A DNA stretch of 64,000 bases from Patescibacteria group bacterium (GTDB lineage: Bacteria > Patescibacteriota > Patescibacteriia > Patescibacteriales > JBAZCA01). Below, piece by piece: positions 45,033 to 53,815 of the stretch (position 1 is its first letter; each line of letters opens with the position of its first letter). A model generated the notes under the pieces. That model was not told where the DNA came from, did no database searches, and was given only the letters and a program-made list of their open reading frames with translations. Location of the stretch: the NCBI GenBank assembly GCA_041671125.1, contig JBAZCA010000001.1, positions 200,120 to 264,119 of the forward strand. Reading direction: 5' to 3'. The position numbers were made by a program, and so were the translations under genes.

Positions 45033-45105
45033 AACTCATAACTCATAACTCATAACTCAGCCCGTAACTTAAAAACGTTACGGGTTATGAGTTATGAGTT
45101 ACGAG
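45029..45105. repeat. 77-bp palindrome built from heptamer repeats, containing the rnhA start codon and the recJ stop codon
   Basis: (CTCATAA)x4 CTCAG CCCGTAAC ttaaaaac GTTACGGG (TTATGAG)x2 TTACGAG. The inner stem is 8 bp and the outer stem is about 21 bp with 1 mismatch. Confidence 0.9.
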
Positions 45106-46837
45106 ATTTTATATCTATAATCTTCAATTGCGCTTCCCGCCTCCCGTTATACTCATTAATCTCCGGATAATAAACCAGGTTAATTTTATCGCCAATCCTT
45201 AAATCTTTGCGTTCCGCCGCCTGGCCGAAACCGATGGCGTTAATCAGACCGGAATTTTCACTCTTTAACCTTAGTTTCAGATGCTGATTATCAGCGCCCA
45301 TTCTCATAATATCCATGACAGTAATACCTTTGGAAACGAACTTCGGCTTCTCATTCCCCGCCCCGAACGGCGCGAATTTTTCCAGCTCTTTTATAAACTC
45401 CTCGTTTATTTCAGAAAGGTCAATTTCCGCGTCAACTTTAATCTTCGGCCGGAGGTTTAGTTTTCCGAGCTCGCTTTCGGCGATTGCTTCCATCATTTTT
45501 TTAAAACCTTCAAGGTTTTCTTTTTTAAAAGAAAAACCGCAGGCCGCCGGATGACCGCCGTACTTGTCCAAATATTGTGAACAGCGCTCAACGGCATGGA
45601 TCAGATTAAATTCCTCTATACTCCGGCCCGAACCTTTCCATTCCCCTCCCTGTCCGACCGTGATTACGAGAGCCGGAAGATAATACCTTTCCGCGATCCG
45701 GCCGGCAATGAGGCCGACCACGCCTTCATTCCAGGCTTCCTTTTCAATTCCTTTATCCGCGACGGCGATAATAATCTTTTTACTGGCGCGATCCGAGTCG
45801 ACTTCCAGATCGGCGATGATTTCTTCGGTGATTTTCTCTGTAATCATCTGGCGCTCTATGTTCCTTCCGTTCAACGAACCGGCTAGAGCTTTGGCTTCTT
45901 TAGAATCGCGGGTAATAAGGAGCTCGTAAGCCGTGTTAGCGTGATCAAGCCGTCCGGCCGCGTTAAGCCTGGGCCCGAGCTGGAAGCCGATATTCCAGCT
46001 GTCAAGCGTCCGGCCGTTATTTATCTGCGAAATATTAATTAATTCTTTTAATCCAACGCGCCTGTTTTTATTTAAAACTTCCAGCCCTTTTTTTACGAGA
46101 ATCCTATTTTCGCCCCGCAAAATTACCATATCAGTAACCGTGCCGATAGCCACTAAATCCAAAATCCTTTCTTTTAATTTTTCCTTATCTTCCCCGCTGA
46201 GACTGGACGCGGCGATAACTGCCGACGCGAGCTTAAAAGCCGTTCCTACGCCGGCCAAAGATTTAAACGGATATTTTTCTTCCGGAAGATTGGCGTTGAT
46301 TATGAGGCAATCAGGCCAGGCTTTTTTTTCTTCCGGCGCCGAATGGTGGTCAGTAACAATCACATCCAGTCCGAGCTCTTTCGCGTACCGGACCTCGGCC
46401 GCGTTGCGGATTCCCGTATCCACGGTTATTACCAGTTTGACGCCGTTATTTTTCGCTTCTTCCAAAGCGCCCTTATTTAAGCCGTAACCTTCGGTCGTCC
46501 GGAACGGGATATAGACTCCTGTGTCGGCCTTTAAGGTGTTAAGTGTTTCGGTCATGACAGCGGAAGCCGTAACCCCGTCGGCATCGTAATCGCCGTAAAC
46601 GAGAATTTTATTTTTTTCCTTTATATGCCTGATGATAAGCGGAACGGCCGCCGCCATGTCGTTGAATTCAGCCGGGTCATGGAGTTTTTCGTAGCCGTCG
46701 TTTAAAAACTCCTCCATCTCTTCCCCGGAATTAAGCCCCCGGTTAAAAAGCAATTGTAAAATAACCCGATTATGTTCGGGGTATTTTTTTATTATTTCAT
46801 CACTAATTTCCGGCGCGATTTGCCACTTTTTTTTCAT
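45092..46837 (-). CDS. recJ: Single-stranded-DNA-specific exonuclease RecJ
   Basis: DHH motifs ..VYGDYDADGVTASAV.., ..ITVDTGI.. and ..VIVTDHH.., plus the DHHA1 motif ..GGHPAACGF.. Confidence 0.92.
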   Translation of the reverse strand: MKKKWQIAPEISDEIIKKYPEHNRVILQLLFNRGLNSGEEMEEFLNDGYEKLHDPAEFNDMAAAVPLIIRHIKEKNKILVYGDYDADGVTASAVMTETLNTLKADTGVYIPFRTTEGYGLNKGALEEAKNNGVKLVITVDTGIRNAAEVRYAKELGLDVIVTDHHSAPEEKKAWPDCLIINANLPEEKYPFKSLAGVGTAFKLASAVIAASSLSGEDKEKLKERILDLVAIGTVTDMVILRGENRILVKKGLEVLNKNRRVGLKELINISQINNGRTLDSWNIGFQLGPRLNAAGRLDHANTAYELLITRDSKEAKALAGSLNGRNIERQMITEKITEEIIADLEVDSDRASKKIIIAVADKGIEKEAWNEGVVGLIAGRIAERYYLPALVITVGQGGEWKGSGRSIEEFNLIHAVERCSQYLDKYGGHPAACGFSFKKENLEGFKKMMEAIAESELGKLNLRPKIKVDAEIDLSEINEEFIKELEKFAPFGAGNEKPKFVSKGITVMDIMRMGADNQHLKLRLKSENSGLINAIGFGQAAERKDLRIGDKINLVYYPEINEYNGRREAQLKIIDIKSRNS

Positions 46838-46869
46838 ATATACTGATTCAAGAATAACACATCGCCACC

Positions 46870-46971
46870 TTACATGAAAGCCATGCCAACGCTAAAGATT
46901 ATCATGGAAATGATAATCATGACGCTAAGGATCGCCCAGACGATTTTTACGATTTTCTTTTGCTTGGCCAT
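46870..46971 (-). CDS. Possible 33-aa small membrane protein (not in the ORF track)
   Basis: Own translation gives MAKQKKIVKIVWAILSVMIIISMIIFSVGMAFM*. It has one hydrophobic helix after a basic N-terminus and lies in the recJ-lepA spacer. Confidence 0.3.
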   Translation of the reverse strand: MAKQKKIVKIVWAILSVMIIISMIIFSVGMAFM

Positions 46972-47089
46972 AAATAGAATTTTTAATTCTATAATTTTAT
47001 AATTTTTAAACCAATACCTTAATTATTAATGTTTAAAAATTCAAGCATTAAGAAATTATTTAAAAATTACAAAATTAAAAATTATAAAA

Positions 47090-48982
47090 TTACCTCTTTA
47101 GTATCTTTATAAAAGTATCGCTCGGTATTTCAACTCTCCCTTTGCCGTGCTCCATCATCTTCTTCTTTCCTTTCTTCTGCTTTTCTAAAAGCTTTCTCTT
47201 CCTCGTAACGTCCCCGCCGTAGAGCTTGGCGGTTACATCCTTGCGCATAGCGGAGAGCCTTTCGGAGGCGATTACTTTTCCGCCGATGGCCGCCTGAAGT
47301 TTTATCATGAACATCTGCCTCGGCAGGGTTTCTTTTAAAGTCTCCACCACTTCCTTGCCCCGCCGGAAAGCTTCGTCCCGGTAAACGATCATGGAAAGCG
47401 ATTCCACCTCGTCTTCGGCAACCAATATATCCATCTTAACGACATCGGCCGGACGATAGCCGGAAAACTCATAATTGACCGAAGCGTAACCCGAACTCAC
47501 GCTTTTTATCTTATCATAAAAATCGGTCAGGATCGTCGCCATGGGCGCCGTGTAATGAAGGATCGCCCGGGTAACATTGATGAATTCGGTATTTTTGTAA
47601 ATACCCCTTTTATCCTGAATTAAATTCATGGCCGCGCCCATGTATTCCTTGGGAATAATAACATCCAGAGTAACCCACGGCTCTTCAATTTTTTCAATTT
47701 GGGAAAAATCGGGTAATTCGTGCGGGCTATGGATTATGAGCGCCCCGTCGCTGTCAAGGTTTTTCAGGCGGCGCTGGTCCAGTGATTTAACTGATTTTAA
47801 AAAGACCCGGTAAGCGACGCTCGGGGTGGTAACGACGATATTGAGGTTATACTCGCGCTTGAGCCTTTCCTGAAAAATTTCAAGGTGCAAAAGCCCTAAA
47901 AATCCGCAGCGGAAACCAAACCCCAAAGCGTCCGAATGCTCAGGTTCATAAGTAAGAGCTGCGTCGTTTAATTTTAACTTTTCCATGGCTTCCCGCAACT
48001 GCTGGTACTCATTGCCTTCCTGGGGAAAAATTCCCGCGAACACCATGGGCTTTACTTCTTTATAGCCCTTTAAAGGCGCGACCGGAACATTCAATCCGAT
48101 CCCCCCCTGCGCCGCGGCATTAACATTAGTGATCGTATCGCCCACCCGGCATTCATTAACGTTCTTAAATCCGGTAGCGATGTAGCCAATCTCTCCGGCT
48201 TTTAATTCGCCGGTTGATTTATAGTCCGGAGTAAAAATTCCAACGTCCGTAGCCTCGCTTTTCGCCCTGGTCGCCATCAAATAAATCTTTTCACCCTTTT
48301 TTATTTTCCCCTCCATCACCCGGATAAAAGCGAGCACCCCCCGGTACTCGTCATAAGTTGAATCAAAAATTAACGCCCTAAGCGGTTTTTCATAGATAGA
48401 CCGGTCATTTCCTCCGCCGGCGCTTTTCGCGCTCGGTGCTGAAACATGATTAACCACCGCCTGCAGAATATCCGTGACACCCTCTCCGGTCTTTCCCGAC
48501 GCACTTATGATTTCCTCTTTTTTGCAACCGATTAATTCTATGATTTCATTTTTTGTTTTTTCCACGTCAGCGGCCGGCAAATCAATTTTATTCACCACCG
48601 GAATAATGGTAAGATTTTCTTCCAAAGCCAAATACAGGTTGGCGAGCGTTTGCGCCTGGATACCCTGAGTCGCGTCCACAAGCAAAATCGCCCCTTCTAC
48701 GGCCGCCAAAGAACGCGAGACTTCGTAAGTAAAATCAACGTGTCCGGGAGTGTCAATGAGGTTAAATAGATATTCTTCGCCGCCGCTGGATTTAAATTTC
48801 ATGGAGACCGGCTGAAGTTTAATAGTAATGCCCCGTTCGCGCTCAAGATCCATCCGATCCAAAACCTGATCCTTCATTTTCCTTTTTTCAATCGTTCCGG
48901 TAATCTCCAGCATCCGGTCGGCCAGGGTGCTTTTTCCGTGATCTATGTGGGCGATAATACAAAAATTCCTGATGTTTTTCAT
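47090..48982 (-). CDS. lepA: Translation elongation factor 4 (LepA)
   Basis: ..IRNFCIIAHIDHGKSTLADR.., ..DTPGHVDF.. and ..NKIDL.., with the LepA-specific C-terminus ..LYGGDVTRKRKLLEKQKKGKKKM.. Confidence 0.95.
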   Translation of the reverse strand: MKNIRNFCIIAHIDHGKSTLADRMLEITGTIEKRKMKDQVLDRMDLERERGITIKLQPVSMKFKSSGGEEYLFNLIDTPGHVDFTYEVSRSLAAVEGAILLVDATQGIQAQTLANLYLALEENLTIIPVVNKIDLPAADVEKTKNEIIELIGCKKEEIISASGKTGEGVTDILQAVVNHVSAPSAKSAGGGNDRSIYEKPLRALIFDSTYDEYRGVLAFIRVMEGKIKKGEKIYLMATRAKSEATDVGIFTPDYKSTGELKAGEIGYIATGFKNVNECRVGDTITNVNAAAQGGIGLNVPVAPLKGYKEVKPMVFAGIFPQEGNEYQQLREAMEKLKLNDAALTYEPEHSDALGFGFRCGFLGLLHLEIFQERLKREYNLNIVVTTPSVAYRVFLKSVKSLDQRRLKNLDSDGALIIHSPHELPDFSQIEKIEEPWVTLDVIIPKEYMGAAMNLIQDKRGIYKNTEFINVTRAILHYTAPMATILTDFYDKIKSVSSGYASVNYEFSGYRPADVVKMDILVAEDEVESLSMIVYRDEAFRRGKEVVETLKETLPRQMFMIKLQAAIGGKVIASERLSAMRKDVTAKLYGGDVTRKRKLLEKQKKGKKKMMEHGKGRVEIPSDTFIKILKR

Positions 48983-49022
48983 GTCAATTTTAGCGTTATT
49001 ATCCTGTTTTTATGTTACAGGC

Positions 49023-49054
49023 AAGCAGGGAACAAAAATATTTGTTCCCTGCTT
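49023..49054. terminator. Perfect 14-bp hairpin between dapB and lepA
   Basis: AAGCAGGGAACAAA-aata-TTTGTTCCCTGCTT. A T-rich tail is present on the plus side only. Confidence 0.4.
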
Positions 49055-49099
49055 TTCGTCTACCATTCTTCGTCTCCCCTTCTTATTTTTTAAACCAAG

Positions 49100-49924
49100 C
49101 TAGTTTATCCCCAATACATCCCGCATATCATATAATCCAGGCGGTTGGTTTACTATCCATTTAGCCGCCCGGATGGCGCCTCGGGCAAATGTGTCCCGGC
49201 TCGCGGCCCGGTGCGTAAGCTCAAGGCGCTCCCCGAGTCCGCCGAAAATAACCGTATGGTCGCCGACAATATCCCCGGCTCTTATCGTCTGGATGCCGAT
49301 TTCTTTTTTCGTCCGCTCGCCGATAAGTCCATGGCGCGAATACACGGCCGTTTCGCCCAAATTCCTTTCCAAGGCTTTTGCTAAGACTTCGGCCAGTTTC
49401 ATGGCCGTTCCCGACGGCGCATCTTTTTTAAACCTATGATGGGCTTCAATTATTTCCGCGTCATACTCATCGCCTAAAAGTTTCGCCGCCTCGGCCGCCA
49501 GTTTAAATAAGACATTCACACCGAGGCTCATGTTCGGAGCGAGCACGACAGGAATATTTTTCGCCAGTTCTCGCGCTTCGTCCATCTGACCGACAGAAAA
49601 ACCGGTAGAACCGATTACAATTGATTTTCCGGCTTTGGCCGCGGCGCTAAGATGCTTAAGCGACGCCTCGGCATTAGTAAAATCAATAATTACGTCGCAA
49701 TCATTAATGGCTTCTTCCACGTTTCCGGCGGTTAATTTACCGGTCGGCGTTCCGCCGATAATTTCCGCCAAATCTTTTTTAGCTTTGGCATGACCCGGCG
49801 ATTCAAAACCCCCGGCCAGCTCAACGCCTTCGGTTTCTCCTAAAAGCTGGGCGATCCGCGATCCCATTCTTCCACCGATTCCGGCCACGGCAACGCTGAT
49901 TATATTATTTTTATCTGCAAACAT
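49100..49924 (-). CDS. dapB: 4-hydroxy-tetrahydrodipicolinate reductase
   Basis: ..VAVAGIGGRMG.., ..EAHHRFKKDAPSGTA.. and ..RAGDIVGDHTVIF.. Confidence 0.9.
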   Translation of the reverse strand: MFADKNNIISVAVAGIGGRMGSRIAQLLGETEGVELAGGFESPGHAKAKKDLAEIIGGTPTGKLTAGNVEEAINDCDVIIDFTNAEASLKHLSAAAKAGKSIVIGSTGFSVGQMDEARELAKNIPVVLAPNMSLGVNVLFKLAAEAAKLLGDEYDAEIIEAHHRFKKDAPSGTAMKLAEVLAKALERNLGETAVYSRHGLIGERTKKEIGIQTIRAGDIVGDHTVIFGGLGERLELTHRAASRDTFARGAIRAAKWIVNQPPGLYDMRDVLGIN

Positions 49925-49944
49925 AAATAATTCAAAAATTAAAA

Positions 49945-50856
49945 TTAAATCAACCCGTGTTTTTCCATTACTTCTTTCAGTTTACTCCGGTTAACTTCGG
50001 CCATCGGAACGAGCGGCAGGCGCATTTCACCGGATTCCAGCTTGCCCATCATGGCGAGCGCCGTTTTTACCGGCCCGGGATTGGTTTCATAAAACATGGC
50101 GTGGCAAAGGGGCAGAAGTTTATAATAGAGTTTCCGGGCTGTTTCATGATTGTCGGCGAAAAATTCATCGCATAACGCCGACATGTCGCGCGGCGCGACG
50201 TTTGAAGTAACTGAAATGACTCCGCGCCCGCCGACGCATAAAAGCGGATAAACAAGCGAATCTTCACCGGACAAGACAATAAAATCCTCACCGCATAACC
50301 CGATAATATCAGTCGCCTGCTTCATGCTGCCGGAGGCTTCTTTTATCCCGATGATGTTGGTGATTTTAGCGAGCCGAGCGACTGTCGCCGGATCTATGCA
50401 CACACCGGTCCGTCCCGGGACATTATAGAGGATTATCGGGATATCAACGCTTTCGGCGATTTTTTTAAAATGTTGATAGAGTCCTTCCTGCGTCGGCTTA
50501 TTGTAATAGGGAGTAATAATAAGAGCTGCGTCAGCGCCCTCGTCCTTGGCCTTTTTAGTAAGCTTTAGGGCTTCGACCGTATTGTTAGATCCGGTGCCGG
50601 CGATTACCAAAATCCGACCCTTAACCTGGTCAATAGCGATTTCAATTACCCGATTATGTTCATCATGGGTAAGAGTAGCTGACTCGCCCGTGGTTCCGCA
50701 GGGGATAATGGCCTTTATTCCCCCGGCAATCTGGAACTCAATTAATTCCCGGAATTTTTCCTCATCCACTTCGCCGTTTTTAAAAGGCGTAACAATAGCG
50801 GTCATAGCGCCGGAAAATTTTTCTTTTAATAACCCTGGTTCTTGAGAACTTGTCAT
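49945..50856 (-). CDS. dapA: 4-hydroxy-tetrahydrodipicolinate synthase
   Basis: ..GAMTAIVTPF.., ..PCGTTGESATLT.., ..ITPYYNKP.. and ..YNVPGRTG.., with the catalytic-Lys region ..IIGIKEASG.. The start was chosen at the Met at 50856. The 26 extra upstream codons look non-native. Confidence 0.9.
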   Translation of the reverse strand: MTSSQEPGLLKEKFSGAMTAIVTPFKNGEVDEEKFRELIEFQIAGGIKAIIPCGTTGESATLTHDEHNRVIEIAIDQVKGRILVIAGTGSNNTVEALKLTKKAKDEGADAALIITPYYNKPTQEGLYQHFKKIAESVDIPIILYNVPGRTGVCIDPATVARLAKITNIIGIKEASGSMKQATDIIGLCGEDFIVLSGEDSLVYPLLCVGGRGVISVTSNVAPRDMSALCDEFFADNHETARKLYYKLLPLCHAMFYETNPGPVKTALAMMGKLESGEMRLPLVPMAEVNRSKLKEVMEKHGLI

Positions 50857-50987
50857 ATTATTTAGATCGCCCCGTGAAAGACAGAGCAAAAAATTAAGAG
50901 CAAGCCTATATTTCATAATTATCACACAAATCATAAATAAGCAAGCTAAAAAGGTTGATTTTATTGTTGAATGAGGGTATATTAAAA

Positions 50988-51090
50988 TTAATTTCCAATT
51001 TCCAATTTCTAATTTCTAATAACTTAAAAATTATAAATTTAGTCATTGAAAATTGTTTAAAAATTACAAAATTAAAAATTAAAAATTTTA
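50988..51090. repeat. Period-7 AT-rich tracts in the dapA-lysA divergent spacer
   Basis: (AATTTCC)x2 (AATTTCT)x2 at 50990-51017. The 26-mer TTTAAAAATTACAAAATTAAAAATTA at 51056-51081 is identical to 47059-47084. Confidence 0.85.
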
Positions 51091-51094
51091 AACC

Positions 51095-52429
51095 ATGCCC
51101 ATACCTAAAGACTTTAAAAACCGAGCCTTTCCGCTTCTGCCGAAAATACTAAAAGACTTCAGGCCTAAGCTTTACGGCAGGAATTCAACCGGACTGGATG
51201 CCGCTCTTTCCCCGGGTTTTCATCTTTACGACGAAAAAGGCATCCGCGAACGCTTAAGGCTCATGAAAAAACTTTTCTTTACCGAGCACCCGGGAATGGA
51301 ATTTTTCGCCGTTAAAGCCAACCCTAATAACGCCCTTTTGAAAATCATTAAGGACGAAGGTTTTGGGCTGGACTGTTCTTCCCCGGCTGAGCTCGTTCGG
51401 GCGCGAATGCTAGGCTTCCCGAAGGAAAAAATAATGTTCAGTTCCAATAATACCAACCCGGATTTTTATGAAGCCGTTATGGACACCGGCTGTATTTTAA
51501 ATCTTGACGACATAAGCTATATAGACAAACTGCCTTATATGCCCGAACGGATCTGTTTCCGCTACAATCCGGGCCCGGGAAAAAGCGAAGGATCTAATGA
51601 ATTTGTCGGCAATCCGGTTGACCAGAAATACGGAGTGCGCCACGACCAGATCGTTTCAGCTTACCGCAAAGCTAAAGAAAAAGGAGTAAAAATTTTCGGG
51701 CTGCACACAATGTTTGCCACTAATTGCCTGGACGCCATTGCTTTGGGCGGCATTGCAAAAATGCAGTTAGAGATAGTGGAAGAAATCCAGACCGCGCTGG
51801 ATATAAAATTTGAATTCGTCAATATCGGCGGCGGCATCGGCATTGAATATCGCTACGGCGAGGAACCATTAAACGTTCCTCTCGTCGCCCAAATGACCAA
51901 TAAAGCGTTTTCCGATTTTAAAATTAAGCATGGCTATACCCCCCTGCTTTACGCTGAATTCGGGCGCTGGATCGTCGGCCCTTTTGGCATGCTGGTCGGC
52001 CGGGCAGTCAATAGAATGAATAAATACAAAAATTTTTCCGGCGTTGATTTTTGCGACTGGGCGGATATCGCCCGGATGGTCATTTACCCGGCCTATCACG
52101 AGGTTAGCGTCTTAACGCCGGATGGCAGGGAAAAATTTACAGCCGATGGAAGTGAAGCGATTTCTCTGGTCGGGCCGCTTTGCGAAAACCGGCACATGGT
52201 TTCCGATCGTAAACTGCCGAAAATTTCCGAAGGCGATATTATTGTCGTCCATGACACCGGCGCCCACGGGCTGGCCATGAAAATGAACTATAACGGCTGG
52301 ACCGCTTCGCAGGAACTGCTTTTGCGTCCGGATAATTCGGTTTTAAGAATCAGCCGGGCCGAAACAATAGGCGACTTAATGAAAACCGAACTGGACATGG
52401 AAGGACAAGAATTAACGGTTAAATACTAA
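51095..52429 (+). CDS. lysA: PLP-dependent group IV decarboxylase, probable diaminopimelate decarboxylase
   Basis: The ..FFAVKANPN.. PLP-lysine motif, ..NIGGGIGI.. and ..GPLCE.. are present. Its position next to the dap genes supports the call. Confidence 0.7.
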   Translation: MPIPKDFKNRAFPLLPKILKDFRPKLYGRNSTGLDAALSPGFHLYDEKGIRERLRLMKKLFFTEHPGMEFFAVKANPNNALLKIIKDEGFGLDCSSPAELVRARMLGFPKEKIMFSSNNTNPDFYEAVMDTGCILNLDDISYIDKLPYMPERICFRYNPGPGKSEGSNEFVGNPVDQKYGVRHDQIVSAYRKAKEKGVKIFGLHTMFATNCLDAIALGGIAKMQLEIVEEIQTALDIKFEFVNIGGGIGIEYRYGEEPLNVPLVAQMTNKAFSDFKIKHGYTPLLYAEFGRWIVGPFGMLVGRAVNRMNKYKNFSGVDFCDWADIARMVIYPAYHEVSVLTPDGREKFTADGSEAISLVGPLCENRHMVSDRKLPKISEGDIIVVHDTGAHGLAMKMNYNGWTASQELLLRPDNSVLRISRAETIGDLMKTELDMEGQELTVKY

Positions 52430-52441
52430 ACAACCCATATT

Positions 52442-53674
52442 ATGCTAAACTCATGGCTACCTCAGGGCGGCGAAAATATTTTTCAAAAAGTTAAACGGGA
52501 GCGGGACGAGGCTCTTAAAAAAGGCATAAAGCTTTGGCCGCTCTCATTCGGCCAGCCGGCCGGAGCGGCGCTTCTTTCGGCGAGAAAAAAAGCGGGCGAA
52601 GCCGTTATGAGCGAAGAAGAGTCAATGCACGAATACCAGGATAACGGCTCGCCCGGAGTAAAAGATTTTGCCAAAAGATTTATTAGCGCCCACTTTAATT
52701 CCGAAATTGCGAAAAAAATATCAGCCGCGGACGACGCTGGCCGGCTTGACTTTCTCCCTACCCCGGGAACAAAATCCATGCTCGGCCTGATTCCAATGGC
52801 TTCGGGACTGATCCGCAAAAACAATGAAAACCAAGCTCATAACCCGAAGTTAAGAGTCGCGACCATGACCGAACCCGGCTATCCTACTCCGGCGGTCTGG
52901 TGCGATTATCTCGGAGCCGATAACTACGCTTTAAAAACCAATCCAAAAAATGATTTTATTTTTTCCTTAAAGGACATATTGCCCGGCACCAGCCTGATTA
53001 TGGCCAATTATCCGCATAACCCGTCCGGCCAGATAGCGGATAAAAAATTCTGGCGCGAACTTTGCGCGTTTTGTTCTGAACACGGTATTCGCTTATTCAA
53101 CGACGCGGCTTACGCGATTTTAACTTTTACGGACACCGCTTCCATGCTGGCGGAAACAGCGATAGAATTCCCGGAATTATCCTGGGCTGAAGCCTATTCT
53201 TCATCAAAAGTCATTGCCAACGGCACGGGCTGGCGGATTGGCGCTATTGCCGGCTCCCGCGATTTCATGGCCGATATCCGGACGATTAAAGGCAATACTG
53301 ACTCGGGTTTTTTCGCCCCGGCCGCCGCCGGAGTTTTAGCGTCGCTAGAAGAAGACATGGAAGGAATAATAAAAAACCGGGACATGTACGCCCGGCGGCT
53401 TAAACTACTGATAAAACTTTTAACCGAACGCGGCATGCGGCCGGCCGTAATTCCCAAAGCGACGTTTTTCACGATTTGGCTTACCCCGAAAATCGCCTTT
53501 GGAAAGGCGGTCAAATCCGCCGCGGAATTTAATAAGCTGATGATTGAGAAAACCGGCGTCGTCGGCATCCCCTTTGAGCCTTACCTCCGTTATACCGTAA
53601 CTAATCCGATTGAAAACGAAGAATGGACAGAAGCGATTATTAAAGCCTTTGACCAAGCCAAAATATCTTATTAA
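52442..53674 (+). CDS. Class I/II aminotransferase, possibly LL-diaminopimelate aminotransferase by context
   Basis: ..NYPHNPSG.., ..NDAAYA.. and ..YSSSKVIANGTGWRIGAIAG.. (PLP lysine). It sits downstream of lysA and opposite dapA and dapB. Confidence 0.55.
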   Translation: MLNSWLPQGGENIFQKVKRERDEALKKGIKLWPLSFGQPAGAALLSARKKAGEAVMSEEESMHEYQDNGSPGVKDFAKRFISAHFNSEIAKKISAADDAGRLDFLPTPGTKSMLGLIPMASGLIRKNNENQAHNPKLRVATMTEPGYPTPAVWCDYLGADNYALKTNPKNDFIFSLKDILPGTSLIMANYPHNPSGQIADKKFWRELCAFCSEHGIRLFNDAAYAILTFTDTASMLAETAIEFPELSWAEAYSSSKVIANGTGWRIGAIAGSRDFMADIRTIKGNTDSGFFAPAAAGVLASLEEDMEGIIKNRDMYARRLKLLIKLLTERGMRPAVIPKATFFTIWLTPKIAFGKAVKSAAEFNKLMIEKTGVVGIPFEPYLRYTVTNPIENEEWTEAIIKAFDQAKISY

Positions 53675-53685
53675 GCACAATAACA

Positions 53686-53812
53686 AATTACCAATTATCA
53701 ATGATCAATTTTCAATGAATCAATTTTTTAATTTTCAAAACTGATTTTAAAAAACATTGGAAAATTTAAAATTGAAAATTCATTGGTCATTGAAAATTGG
53801 TAATTGATAATT
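53686..53812. repeat. AT-rich imperfect palindromic intergenic element (family member 1)
   Basis: It shares ATTACCAATTATCAAT (53687-53702) and AAATTCATTGGTCATTGAAAATTG (53776-53799) with 58641-58656 and 58728-58751. The arms are reverse complements at word level (TTTTCAATG/CATTGAAAA, CCAATTATCAAT/ATTGATAATTGG). Confidence 0.8.
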
Positions 53813-53815
53813 GAT

